A stretch of DNA of 64,000 bases from Octopus bimaculoides (GCF_001194135.2 NC_068984.1:65944306-66008305), one strand, 5' to 3'. Numbered from the stretch's first letter, positions 24,880-38,474 are shown. Made by a program: numbers and translations. Notes: generated by a model from the letters alone, not told the origin.

Positions 24880-24920
<41 letters not shown>
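24730..24920. mobile_element. Unclassified CpG-retaining repeat-like segment abutting (TA)n (24882-24920)
   Basis: Several CpGs in a CpG-poor background. Perfect palindrome CGAAAATATTTTCG (24813-24826) and terminal hairpin AAATTCCATG-CTG-CATGGAATTT (24858-24880). Element status is inferred. Confidence 0.4.
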
Positions 24921-24924
<4 letters not shown>

Positions 24925-27403
24925 TTCCAACTCTGTCTGTTTTTTATGTTTTATTTATATTCTTATAAAATTAATGTGGGATATAGAATATGGAATATAT
25001 AATATAAATAGTAAAATGAAATGAAGTATTGAATGTCATAGGCTTATATATACATACATATACATACACATAGGTTTATATATAGAAACACACATATATA
25101 TAGAAACACACATATATACATATATATATATATAAGTATACACACATAGATTTATATACACACACACACACGTATATATACATAGGTTTGTGTGTGTGTA
25201 GTATTTTGCTACTATTTTTAGAGTAGGAGTAGAGTTAACTGAATGACTTGATGAGGGGAGGGAGAATCAGCCAAGAACACCTTTGGTGTGAGAAAAAGCC
25301 AAATGGAGGCTATTGTTCATAATGACATGAAGCAAAATTATGAATCATAATTACATCTGTAGCAGGGAAAAATAATCAAAAGCTTAATGACTAATTTTGT
25401 TCTAAAATCTGAATCAATTAAAATTTGAAAAGGAACATAAAGAAATAAATGACAATTCCAAACAAGTTTCAATCTTATAATAAAAACCCCTCAGCAAAGC
25501 ATAGTCTTAAGAGTACTTGCCAGATTTTAGAACAGTAGGATATAAAGGTTTTGAGTAAATGCACATCGACAAGTGTAACAATTTAATAGAATCACTGACT
25601 GTAAATTATGAAGGATCATCTGCATGAAAAACATTTAGCTAAGTGAGAAGTAAACAATGTAGTGAACAAAAAACTCAAATTCATACTGAGTAAGTACCAT
25701 CACTACTGATAATTGTTTTACTAGCCATAGAAGAATGCAAGGTCAAGTCTTGTAGGATTTCCACTCAAAATTTGAGGAAGATGAAACTAAATACCGCATT
25801 ATTCCAATATCTGGCAAATTACCTAACCTAACACTAATAATTCAAGTCATATTTTTTACATCATGCATATTGAATTCAAACTTGACAATAAATGTAAATT
25901 AAGTCTAAAAGAACATATAACCATTACATCTGATATTTTTCTCAATTTCCAACAAGCATTTTTCTATTTGTTGTCAACAAAATCTCTTTAATGTGAAATA
26001 AAATTTAAACACAGCAAAAAAAAAAAAAAAAAAGGATTTTTGAGTAATTTTGCTTGAATTCATTTTTATTCATCTTTTTGTTTTTAATAAAATCCAAGTA
26101 GCAGTGTTGCATTTTCCATATTTGTAATTTTTGGCACCTTTCAAAGAATTTATATTTGATAATTTTGTAACTTTTCTTTTTCTGATTAAACTAATTTTCT
26201 TTAGTTGTCTGTTTTGGCAATGCCTCGACATTTTATTAAGGGAATAAATAATGCTTTCAGTTACATTGATTATTTTCTCTATTATTTCTTTCTTTATTTC
26301 CTCTTCCTTAATTCTTTCTTACTGAGCAGTATGAAACTAACTAACTTCTACAGACTTTTGGAAAGGTTTATAACAAAATGAAGACATTCAATATAAAGAA
26401 AGTGAAATCTATAAAACAAAAAGCAAATCTATTTTCTATGCTTTGAACCTTTACTTTTAGTCATGGTTGACCAAGTAGTTAAAACTCTCATTCACATAAA
26501 ACTATAACCTCAAAGAGAGGCACACAAGAGAAAAATCTGATTCGAGGCAATTTCCAAGGTGGAGTTAACAAACCAGATGCTTATATACATGCTCTACAGA
26601 ACACAACTATCCAGTCAATATTCACTACCCTTTTTGACGAAACACACACACACACATATGAATTATATGTATACATATAATTTACAATCATTCACACATA
26701 AACATGTGCACACATATGCATATATATATGCATCCATAAACACATATGTCTAAATAGAATGTACGCATATAAAAAAAATGCAATACTTTGTTGAATAAAA
26801 ATGATGTGAAAAATATGCAGAGACGTATATTCTTACAGTTTCACAAAGTGTGTGTGTATGAACATAAGTATAGTTGTATGTTTATGTGTGAATGTGTGTG
26901 TGTTTACAAAACGAAAAGAATTTGCATTGTTCAAGATATTGGTCAGATGGTATGAGTTTATTTTTCAGCACATATTACGTTCAAAGCATAACATTATGAA
27001 AGTAGACTAGATAATGTTTTACAATACACATTTTTCATATTTGGCTAACATCTTGTGATATTATGTCAGCTTCAATTTATATACAAGTATATTGATTGAT
27101 CTACGTATAAAATAAAACTTTTAGCATTATTATTGCAGTTTTGCATTATTTTTAAGCTAACCTAAGAGTGCTAATATTTTAAATGTGTACTTGTCTGCAC
27201 AAATAAATAAATATATATATATATATGCCCAGACTCACACACACATATTAGCACACACTTAAAAAATATATAAATAGACACATACATGGAGATGTCTATA
27301 CATGCACACATATATCTATATATGTGTGGATATATATATGTATATATACTCATATATGTATATGTATGTATGTATGTATATATATATATATATNNNNNNN
27401 NNN

Positions 27404-27514
27404 ACTCTGCCAAATCAGACTGGAGCCTGGTGTTGCCATCCGGTTTCACCAGTCCTCAGTCAAATCGTCCAACCCATGCTAGCATGGAAAGCGGACGTTA
27501 AACGATGATGATGA
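27404..27514 (+). mobile_element. RTE-type 3' end (family C), young, truncated by an N-gap
   Basis: CAAATCGTCCAACCCATGCTAGCATGGAAAGCGGACGTTAAACGATGATGATGAT, with CpGs retained. Confidence 0.88.
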
Positions 27515-27582
27515 TATACATTGATATAACTATATACATACACACATATAGAAAAATACATACATACAAATATTTGTTTGGT

Positions 27583-27812
27583 GGGGTGTATGGCTTAGTG
27601 GTTATGGTGTTGCACTCATGATCATGAGATTGTGATTTCCGGACTGGGCAAAGTGCAGTGTTCTTGTGTAAATCACTTCAGTTCACATTCTCCCACTTGA
27701 CTCAGTTGTCAAAAATGAGTAGCCTTGCAACAGACCCAGTGTCGCCTCCAGAGAGAAGTATATAAGCCACAGAAACTGGAAAACTGACCACATGAGCTTG
27801 TGGCATACACAA
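27583..27812 (+). mobile_element. tRNA-derived SINE, family D
   Basis: A-box TGGCTTAGTGG, then GTGTTCTTG..AAATCACTT..CTCAGTTGTCAAAAATGAGT. Homologous to 46922-47165. Confidence 0.75.
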
Positions 27813-27818
27813 ATAGGA

Positions 27819-27822
27819 GTGT

Positions 27823-27872
<50 letters not shown>
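27819..27872. repeat. (GT)n microsatellite
   Basis: Direct reading. Confidence 0.97.
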
Positions 27873-27876
<4 letters not shown>

Positions 27877-28671
27877 ACATATGTAGATATTTGCAATATA
27901 TTTATAGATACACATGCAAATACACACGCACACACACACAGATATATGTGAATGTATATATGTATGTATGAGTACACACACACAGATAGATACACATGGA
28001 TGCATACATTCACAAACACATGTCTAAACAGGATGTATGCTAGCATAAACTATAAACACAAAAGCAAGCAATTCACATCAGATGCACACTCCAGTTTGAT
28101 CAAATCAAGAGTTATATATCCATATGTTAATCTGAAATAATATATCTGTGGATGGCATGAAAGTCATAAATGTTGAAATAATGGCATTTTAACCAATAAT
28201 ATTTATGAACCCTATGTAGATTTAGAATATATTTTGGCAACTAGTTGACATTTTCTTGTGTATCTTATGAACAGAAGCACACTCTAATGACAGCTAAACA
28301 TGAATATAGAGAGCTGTAGATTAATTTTAATTTCTTTTTTCAATGATTAATTTAAAGTAGAACCCTTACATAATTTTAATTTAATGTTTAAATCTTCTCT
28401 TACTTCATCAATGATCATCACTGCCATTTTAGAATCTGTATTAATAAATATGATGATGATTATGATTAATAAAATTTGAAAATAAGTTAAACATGAAATA
28501 AAATTTATAAAAGATGTTATATTAAAAATTAATTACTGAAGTCTAAATTCAGTACCATGTATAAAATTAATTAATTTGCTGTATGGAAGCTAATACAATT
28601 TATTATTTATCGTTAAGCTTATAATTTTATTTGCCCAATGACTAAGATCTGTAAGTTATATATGCCAAATC

Positions 28672-28872
28672 TTTCACTTTTTTTTGTTCAGTCATTGGAC
28701 AATGGCCATGCTGGGACACCATCTTGAGAGGTCTAATCAAACAAATTGATCCAGTACATATTTTTTCTTCAAAGTTTTGTAGTTATTCTATCGGTTTCTT
28801 TTTGCCAAACCACTAAGTTACAAGGTACATAAACAAGTGGTAGAGGAGAACAAGCACAAACACACACACACA
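28672..28872 (-). mobile_element. 3' half of a family B SINE
   Basis: TTCAGTCATTGGACAATGGCCATGCTGG..TTATTCTATCGGTTTCTTTTTGCCAAACCACTAAGTTAC matches 14875-15000. Confidence 0.8.
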
Positions 28873-29148
28873 GATTAAATCTAAAATCTTCAAAAATATG
28901 AAACACGAATAAATTCAAACAAAATTTACGCATGATTTGAAGAAAAACTTGTCAGTCTTAAAATAATGCTCAAAATTACAATCCACTATAGCAAAACTAA
29001 TAAAACATATACACATAGCTTAATAACAACATCGAAATTTAGGAATTATAAATACATAATTACAAATTGTGAGAAGATGATCAACAGGAGAGGAAACAAT
29101 GAAATTCAAATAGAAAATAAAAATAATGTATATTAGAAAATATATACT

Positions 29149-29356
29149 GGTTTCAAATTTTGGTACAAAGCCAGCAATTTCTGGGAGAGCTAAGTCCATC
29201 ATATTGATCCCAGTGCTTAAGTGGTACTTATTTTATCAATTCCAAAAGGATAAAAGAAAAAGTCAACCTTGGTGAAATTTGAACTCAGAATGTAAAGGCG
29301 GACAAAATGCCACTAAGCATTATGACCGATGTGCTAATCATTCTGCCAGCTCACTA
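29149..29356 (-). mobile_element. tRNA-derived SINE, family A
   Basis: Homologous over its full length to 4880-5088 and 37520-37732. Confidence 0.85.
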
Positions 29357-31835
29357 CACTATACTGGAAAATATATATCAGTATAAAGCTATAACCTTTG
29401 TTTGATATTTTTATTTGATGAAATGGATGAGGAATGATTAAGGCCAGTCAGAATGGCAATAAATCTATCAACTGTAACCATAATAGACATACATAACAAA
29501 AACAGAAGCATAATAGATGAAGAATTTTAGGAAAATATTTGCCTTACACAACGAGGATTTTAGATGCAACAAAAATACAGTGTTGCACAGGAATTAAAAT
29601 ACTTGCAAATAAACAAAGAACTGAAGAGAAATACATTTTTAAACCTTAAAAGAATATGCTAAATGAATGATTGGAAAATAAATGTTTTCTTGGACAATAA
29701 TTTTCATGATTCAAAAAGAAAACAAATAAGACTTCAAATTCTGTCTTGGAAATTAATGAGAAAAAGCAGAGTCTGAAGAGATCACCTGATGAATTCATTT
29801 TTTCTACCATGAAATCTCTAAGTTTCTTATATAAAATGAGACCTGCATAGACAACAAACTCTAATAAAATTTAATAAAAAAAGATCAAAACTTTCTTGTG
29901 TTGCACAGTTTAGACACAAACTGAGGAAAGGCATCCTCTGCATTATGGAAGTGTTGTAAATCTTGCTGTAATTCTGTAATACAAAACAGAGTTTCTTGTT
30001 CATTGATTTCCATTTAACATAAAAGGGAAAATATGTTTCACATTGCAGAATTCCATAATACAAGATTTTGAGGAATGCAATATAAGGCATGTGTTTACAT
30101 TGCATTACAGAATTATAAAAAAAATTTGGCATATATATAAACAATAATCTTGCCAAGTTCTATTAAATTTATACAGAAAATAGGTGGTATATGAATGCAG
30201 CAGTATGCAAATGACAGGTTCTGACATTTATTAGGAAAGTACAGAGTTGATAAAATAAATGATGAATAAATGGATTAGACACATGTGTTTTTTTCTCAAG
30301 ATATCAAAGAAATTTTTCAAGTCAGAATGTTAAATAAGTTTCAATATATTTAATATGAGATGATAAAAACGAAAACAAGGCACAATTAAAACACTGAAAT
30401 GAGATGAGAAAATGAATGAGATACAAAAACACACAAGATAGATGTTTTAACACTAAAACTTTAATCGACATATCAATTTTCCCTTTTATAATCTGACTTT
30501 ATATTAGATATATTTCAGTAGAAACTGATAATTGTGCCATTCATAGAAAGGTCATTTCAAATTATATCATAAACAGTGTTTTCCTGGTGTTTTCAGCATT
30601 CAGAATATCACAAGTAATATCTAAAATGTTATGTACTTTTTCATTTAACTGAAGCCATTATTTTTCTACAAAGGGTTATATGCAACCCAAAATTTTTATA
30701 GATAAATCAAGATCTATAAAGTGAGCTGTAGCCATCAATTCAGTATTTCACTATATCCATTAAAAATGAACATTAAATTCAGACAGATTTACATTGACAT
30801 ATTTAAAGCATATATTTGGCACTGTTATGTTCTTTTCCTATTTCCAACAGCCATTTTAACATCTTATTTGAATTAAAGATTCTGGTTTTGCAGGAAACTA
30901 ACAGAGCTTATTAATGGCCCGCACAAAGATAGCTGGCACCAATATAGACTGATCAAAATCGTTTCCCAATTCTATACTTGCTTGATTCAATAACTTAATC
31001 TAAAGATTTATCCTTTCAAGTTACGTCAATTGTACCCTAATGCTAAAAGAAACGAATAACTCTTTGTAGTGAATTACTTTAGCATTGTCAATTTTGTAGG
31101 AATTGTAAATGGAAATAATGCACAGGTCATTGAACATAGACTACTGGACAGAAAACAAATAATAAAGTAAGATTACATGATGTATTACTCAAAGATAAAA
31201 GTGAAAAAAAATAAAAATAAAACAAGATAGAATAATATCATTCAGTGAAGTTAAATACAACTATCACATGATTTGAAGATTTACTCTTTCATAGAAGTTT
31301 TTCGATGCTTCCAAACAGTCTAATTAAAGAAGAGAAAATAAACTTTAAAAAATGTGTATTGATCAATACTGTAAAACCTTTTAAGGAATTTTATTGGCTT
31401 TAGTTTACCTCTTATTTCTATGGCAACAAATAAACTGATAATCAGTGTAACATAGTGGCACAATTGTTAAGAGTTAGAATCCCAAATCAAGCAAGCCAAA
31501 GTTAAACCTAGCCTGTCAGTTAATTTAGATAGTAATAAAATGAACAACTTGGAATTTTTGTAAAAGCATGGAAGTGATTAGCTTTTAAAACGTAAATGCC
31601 TCTTTATGTGATATAACTATTTTCCCTTTAGCATAATATTCTAAACTGTATTGTTTATTTCATTTTAGATATTTACAGTTGTGCCACAAAGTTTTGTCAT
31701 ATGTATGATCATACATAATATTTTAAAAAATGCATATTAACAACTATCTTTGTATTTTCTCAATAGGATTACTAAACAATATGTATCTATCCTAAATATT
31801 ATTGACTAAACAATGTACAATGGAGTGTAAGTATT

Positions 31836-32051
31836 TTAAGAGAAAAATTGTGTATAAGAAGCATCAAATGTAGTCTGTAAGGAAGGAGTCTGTGCTGGTA
31901 TGGTCATGTGATGCATATGGATGAAGACAAGTGCATAAAGGAGTACAGATCTCTAATTGTAGAGGGAACTTGTGGAAGAAGGAGACCCAGGAATATGTGA
32001 GACAAAGTGGTGAAATATGATCTTCGATTTCTGGGCCTCACAGAGATGTCA
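31836..32051 (+). mobile_element. Decayed RTE LINE ORF C-terminus
   Basis: A single frame reads LREKLCIRSIKCSL*GRSLCWYGHVMHMDEDKCIKEYRSLIVEGTCGRRRPRNM*DKVVKYDLRFLGLTEM (WYGHV.RM..and GR.RP motifs). It overlaps the same region as 23672. Confidence 0.88.
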
Positions 32052-32311
32052 AGACTTCTGGCAATATGCTTTAAAAGCTCAAAGACAATATAATGCATTG
32101 GTATATTTATTTTTTTATATATTATTTTTTATTTTTTTGCAAAAAACATTTTCATTCTCCCTCTTCTTGAAAATTTCCTTTTAAAATCCTTTTTAATCCT
32201 CCTTATACACATCTATATTAAAATATGCTTTCAGTTTAGCATTCTGCCTTATTATTTTCCTATTATTTCTCCACATGCGGCTAACACAACCCCACCATTT
32301 ACTGACTTATG

Positions 32312-32354
<43 letters not shown>
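32312..32354. repeat. Compound (TA)n(GA)n microsatellite
   Basis: Direct reading. Confidence 0.95.
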
Positions 32355-33781
32355 CAATGCAGTTAATATGCCATTGCAACTATAGGCAAAAATGATGCCA
32401 AAATTATGGTAGCTACTCAAATTCAATAGCAGAACAGTCAGTATAATATCACTATACCACCATTTAAATTTTTTAATGGATCTTCAATATAAAATTATTC
32501 CATACCTCTTGAGCTTTTTAATTCCGCCCTGAGGTCCAACTCCTCAGGTGAGATCTCATTACTTCATTAGTTGAAGTAAAAGCATAAAGTTACTTCAAGT
32601 ACATTAACTCTAGCAACATTCATTTATATTTCCAATCTGCAGCAATACAATTCTCCGTATTTCCTGCACTGAGTGTCTAACATTCAGCATGCTATTTAAA
32701 TAACTTAAGCTGAATCTGTCTCCTAAAATTGCACTGAACATCAAACAACTTAAGCTAAACTCACTCCTCACTAATCTTTGGAATTCCTCATATATAGTCA
32801 CGTTTCACTTTTTATAAAACATCAACCCTCTAATACACATCATATGGATAAAGAAACAATGTCAACAATCAGAGTCAGTAGTCAAATTTCCTAAACTTAT
32901 TGTAGCAAGTAAAAAAATTAGTTACTATGATATAAATAGAAACAACTGCTAATAAAAACCAGAAATAAATCAGAGATTTCCTACTTAAATAATCTTCAAT
33001 CTACTTGTAATAACTGTATATAATATTGTTTTATCATAACATTAATGGTTGAATTGCAAAAGATGCTGCAATCACAACTGGCTATTGCTGCTAAAAATAC
33101 ACTTGCAAATTATTACCTCTATAGTCTGCCAGTAGATGCCAGTGAAACTTATTAAATTAACTTTAAATTTTCTTTAATCTTGAATATTCACACTTCAATT
33201 TAATCCACTAAAATTGCCATCGACATTATGAAACACTAACTGGAAAATTGAATGTGATGCTGGCATCCATTGTAGCTTCAGACACCTTTAAATGTTTGGC
33301 TGTTTGTCTTTACAGAATATAAAGTTATATCAGAAGGAACTACCAACTTTAATTTGAGATTCTTAGTATATCCTGCTTCCTTCAAACATTCTGAAATTAT
33401 TTCTGCATGTACTACCTATGATGATGTAATCACTTTAAAAATGACCTTCCTTTAGCTGGCTAATAATGTCATACTTGAAAACAATTGGCCGTGGAGTTTG
33501 TGGATGAATATGTAAGATCTTTTCAGAAACTCACCTCAGACTGAAAGCTCAAAAGCATCAAGAATGAAATATACAGAGATAAATATATGCAGGATTCATT
33601 CATAATAGTAATATTTTCTGCATGTACAAACCAGATTTCAAGAAAACAAAACCCTAGCTCTGACTTTAGTTTCATTTCAAGCTCTTACTTTGGAAACAGC
33701 TAGGAAAGATTTTCAGATCTTCACATAGAAAATCATACATAAATCAGACTTCTAAAAGGACTTCTGCTTTGCAACTGTACC

Positions 33782-33975
33782 TCATCATCATCACTTAATG
33801 TTCAACTTTCATGCTAGCACAGGTTAGATAGTTTGACAGGATTCAATATGTCCAAGGACTGTATCATACTCCAGTGCCTGCTTTGACATGGTTACTTTGG
33901 TTTGGTGCTGCTTCCTAATGCATTTTGTTTTCATGACACCAGCACTACTGAGCAGTCACCATGCAACTTTCAAGA
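33782..33975 (-). mobile_element. Degenerate RTE-type 3' end (family C-related), possibly extending to ~34160
   Basis: TCATCATCATCACTTAATGTTCAACTTTCATGCTAGCACAGGTTAGATAGTTTGACAGG..TGCTTCCTAATGC. Confidence 0.65.
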
Positions 33976-35311
33976 CTAAGATTCCATTCAACTGAGTGAG
34001 GTTACACTAGAGAGAGGAATTCAGCTCAAAGCTATGATATGAGAGGATAAGATTTGAAATAAGGAGCCAGAAGAAAACAGGTTTCTTGCTGCTGAAGAGC
34101 TACATGGTCACTCCCTTATGGAAGAGTAGGTGGTAGAATCCACGGTGAAGCTGGTCAATGGTGGTATTTCTACAAGTAAATTCTACATTATGATCATATC
34201 AAGTAATACTACTTGTTCCAAATTTAAGAAAAAGTTAGCATATCTCTCTGTGATATTTGTAAAAAAGGCTATCATTAACCCAGCCATTCACAATACTTTT
34301 CTAAAAGAGTTTGTTGACATGAGTAATTAAAAACTTTCCACCACTTAAACAGTTGTGAATAACCTTAGGTCGCAGTCTAATGTCTCTAAGGACTTCAGTT
34401 AATTTGACTACACAAATGAAGAAAATTTGAGCTAGTATTAGGGACAAGAGACAACTGGAGCAGGTCAGAAAAATGTTCATGTATTACCTGACTGCTGAAT
34501 AGATATGATATTATTCTCAGTTTTCTTTTAATTGTACAAGCAAACATTTGTTAGTTAAATGTAAATTTACTATCCCCACTACCAAAATTGGAGCTTACCA
34601 AGATTGATTTGTTCAGATTTTTTTGTAATCAGTCACCAGATTTTAAATATGCAATTACAAAATCTGTAAAATCTGAGGTTAAGTTTATACAATTAATGGC
34701 GAACAGTAAGCTCAAATACTATATTATCAGGCCAAGTGGCTCGCTTTAATGAGTGCAAGTATATGTTCTTAACATTGTTGCATGTTTCCAATGAATTATA
34801 GGAAATCTTGTTTATGAAAACAAGGTGGAAGTTACATCTATTTAAATTATATCACCATATGAGGTGAGACCAAAGAGGAACATAAAAGTTTATCCAAATA
34901 ATTAAAAATTACTTGAAAATCTAATAACACTTAAAAATGATAAATGTAAATTTTTAACTAAACTCATTAGTTTCTAGGTTATGAGATTAGTTTACATGAA
35001 TTGTGGTCATAGCTCTTAGCAATTAACTCTATTTAAATGAATACCGATACTGACAGGCAATTTCTATCTATTAGAGACTCAGCTCCTTTAAGAGAGATCC
35101 ACAATAAAGCTGATGTAGGTGTGACAAAAATGTTTCACCCAAACAAATGTATCAATATTATATTTTCTGGCATACAAATGGAATTTTTTCAGAAAAAATT
35201 TACAGCAAAAACCCAAAGGAAGGTAGATTAAATTACCAAAACAAAAAGTTCCATGTGAAATACAGCAGGATTTGGAAATAAAGTAATGATGTTTGAATGT
35301 TTGCACTACAG

Positions 35312-35489
35312 GTTTACACTATGTCGACTTGTATGCTGGAAGATATATTTCTATGAACTGCTTTGACTTGTCTACCTTAAATCCTAATGCAGCATTGGTA
35401 TACAACATTAATAAAATTCAACAAACTAAGAACCGTCAACAGACAGAATTAGTGCTAGGTTGTTCTCATATTTTAAGACCAACTGAGAG
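35312..35489 (+). CDS. Weak candidate internal exon (178 nt, phase 1 to 2) of an unidentified gene
   Basis: tttgcactacag|GT...GAGAG|gtacga. Open frame (G)LHYVDLYAGRYISMNCFDLSTLNPNAALVYNINKIQQTKNRQQTELVLGCSHILRPTE. No homology recognised. Confidence 0.2.
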
Positions 35490-35861
35490 GTACGATTACA
35501 CTACAATTTTTTTATATTGCATGATTACATTTAAAACATTGAAAGTAATGTTATTCTGATAATGATGTACATATATAGTTTATAATAATATGTAGTTTTC
35601 ATGTACATATAATGTACATGGAGTGTATAGCATATATCAAAGAGAACTACATATGTATAAATGCACATATATAACTTTACACTTTTAGTGAGTTGGGGGA
35701 ATTCTATAAAAGCTTTATTATTAAAAGAAACAGTATTTATTCAAGATGCTGCAATTACTATTAGCTATCATTGTTATAAATACCCTTGTAAACTACTACC
35801 TCTACAACCTGGCAGTGGATATCAGTAGAAATTTTAGTAGATTAAAGCCTACATAAATACT

Positions 35862-36070
35862 GATTTCAAATTTTGGTGCAAGGCCAGCAATTTTGGAGGA
35901 TGAGGTAAGTCAATTATATCAACCTCAGTATTCAACTGGCACTCATTTTACTGACTCTGAAAGGATGAAAGGCAAAGTCAACCTTGGTAGAATTGGAACT
36001 CAGAACGTGAAAATGGATGAAATGCCACTAAGCATTTTGCCCAGCATGCTGACAATTTTGCCAGCACCTT
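35862..36070 (-). mobile_element. tRNA-derived SINE, family A
   Basis: Homologous to the other family A copies. Confidence 0.88.
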
Positions 36071-37519
36071 GGGTTATTCACAATTCACTACTCAACATAG
36101 AATCCAAATCTCTCTCTTAACATGTATCATTCTTAAAATTAGAACTACATTTTAAAATAGTTAAGACAATATGACCCACAGCAAAAAAGAACAGTCAAAG
36201 AAGAAGATGACAGTCTATGACTGAGCATGCTATTAGCTACTCCAGTGCATCTAAATAATTTTATTATCCTCTCATTACAAAAACAAAATATTCCAGAGTG
36301 TTTTTTATGCAACCATTTACTGCATGAAGTAATGCAACATTAAGTTTCTTCAAACACTATAATCAGGGTTACTTGATATAACTGAACATTGGTGGCCTTT
36401 TTGTTTTTAACAAGCTGCAAATATTCATAAGACAATTATGGCTTTATTTTTTTTTAAATAACAATAAAATGTATTCTCACAGCCCACGGAATATCATTTT
36501 TAGGCAAAAATGACTAAAAGTTTCAAACCTTTCATTTGAGTTACTAAATTCTATAATAAAATATAATTCACATTCCATTTTGTTGAAGTACTTCCTTGCT
36601 TCAATAGTTCTTTGTTTCCAATTTGAACTTGATATTATTCTATACTTTAGCATTCTACAGTACACTACATTTATTCATGTTAGTGTACATTAGCTAATTA
36701 GCCATATTTTCTAGAAAAAATATTCAGAATGTTCTGTAAATGTTTTCACTTCTTGTTAGTTTCTTGCCCTTTATCATTCTTATTAACACAAAGCTTGAAC
36801 TTTGCATGTAAATTGTGCATTGATCTTGTTTGCTTTTTATATCTTTTATAGCATTTAACATGAAATGCTTCTCTTTTCAGTCAATTAGCTAAAATATATT
36901 ATTAATGGATATTCTCTGGCAGAAAGTGATGAGAAATACAATTTGCAACTTCAATGCAATATCAAAATTAAAAATTATGTAATAAAAGGAAATAGAGATA
37001 TAAGGAATAAAAAGTAAAAAGTAATTCAATTAATCAAAAATGCGAAGTCTATTTAGCCATAATTCCAAGGGAATAACCAATCAAAATCAACACCAATGTT
37101 TTAATCACACATCCACATTTTATACAGTACTGAAAGGTAAAAGAAAAATTATCAAGATATCCAATATCTTTCACTGAGAAAGTATTCTCTCTTGCATAAG
37201 TTATATGGCAAAGAAGTAAATGACACACAAATACAAAATTTTAAGTTTAAAAAAATGGCTGATAGACACTTCATTTTTATCTTTTCAGCCTCTTATGTCA
37301 TTTTTAAATAATTACTTTTAGACAGTCACTGATGAGAATATTTTATCCAAACAAATAAGAAACAACAAACGCCAGTTAAAGTTTTGAAAAATATTCTGTG
37401 TCAATCTTGAGAAGTTAACACTTCCATTTTTGAAACAATATTTGGTAACACTTTGAAAATTATGTGACTATATAAGAAATCTTCCTCACCACCATTATCA
37501 TTATTGTCATAATCATCAA

Positions 37520-37732
37520 AGGGCAGCAAGCTGGCAGGATCGTTAGCACGCTAGGCGAAATGCTTAGCAGTATTTCAACTGACATTACATTCTGAGTTCA
37601 AATGCTGCTAGGGTCGACTTTGCCTTTCATCCTTTCAGGATCGATAAAATAAGTACCAGTTGGACACTAGGGTCGATGTAATCAACTCATTCCTGCCCCC
37701 GAAATTGTTGCCCTTGTGGCAAAATTTAAACC
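37520..37732 (+). mobile_element. tRNA-derived SINE, family A, full length with (ATT)n-like tail
   Basis: GGCAGCAAGCTGGCAGGATCG (A box)...GAGTTCAAAT (B box)...GGTCGACTTTGCCTTTCATCCTTTCAGGATCGATAAAATAAGTACCAG. Confidence 0.92.
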
Positions 37733-37756
37733 ATTATTATTGTCATCATAATTAGA

Positions 37757-37954
37757 ATGGTGGAGGGAAAGTATCATTATAGAATAGGACAAAATGCCTT
37801 GTATTTGTTATGGCCCCAAATATTCTAAGTCCAAACATTCTGAATTAGCAAGGGTCAACTTTCCCCATACTTTCTTTCAGGTTCAATAAAGTACCAGTCA
37901 AATAATGTGATTGATAGTATCAACTTAACCTCTCTTCTCAAAATTACACACCTT
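37757..37954 (+). mobile_element. Old degenerate family A-related SINE
   Basis: TTCTAAGTCCAAA..AGGGTCAACTTT..TTTCAGGTTCAATAAAGTACCAGTC..CAACTTAACC. Confidence 0.55.
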
Positions 37955-38346
37955 ATCATCATCATCGTCGTCGTCGTCATTTAACATCCACTTTCCATGC
38001 TGGATGGGTTGGACGGTTTGATTGAGGACTGGCAAGCCAGAAAGCTGCACCAGGCTCCAATCTGATCTGACAAAGTTTCTACAGGTGGATGCCCTTCCTA
38101 ACGCAACTACTCCGAGAGTGTAGTGGGTGCTTTTTACATGCCACCAGCATGAGAGTCAGTCAGGTGGTTCAGGCATCGACCATGTTTGAATGGTGCTTTT
38201 TACGTGCTACTGACACAGGAGCCAGTTAGACGGCACTGGCAACAACCATGCTCAAATGGTGCTTTTTACATGCCACCGGCATGTGTGCCAGTCAGGTATT
38301 ACTGGCATCAGCCACAAAAATGACTTCACTTGACTCAACAGGTCTT
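37955..38346 (-). mobile_element. RTE-type LINE 3' end (family C), three ~65-bp subunits
   Basis: (CAT/CGT)n, then TTTAACATCCACTTTCCATGCTGG..GGATGCCCTTCCTAACGC and the subunits. Confidence 0.9.
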
Positions 38347-38439
38347 ATGTCTATAATTAAAAGTAACTATTACTATTTTTTAAATATGTTACTATTAGTT
38401 TTACTGCAATAGTCATACTTTCACAGCACAAATGAGTGC

Positions 38440-38474
38440 AGCAAGCTACTTACCACACAGCCACTCCTGCGCCT
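38440..38474 (-). mobile_element. 35-bp 5' fragment of a family B SINE
   Basis: Reverse complement AGGCGCAGGAGTGGCTGTGTGGTAAGTAGCTTGCT. Confidence 0.75.

Noticed and set aside
29786-29820. CTGATGA motif suggesting another hammerhead
   Set aside because: No stem II closed by Y-GAAA and no stem I or stem III geometry.
37520-37610. A/B-box sequences here and in other SINE heads as tRNA genes
   Set aside because: No complete cloverleaf. Each continues into SINE body sequence found in multiple diverged copies.
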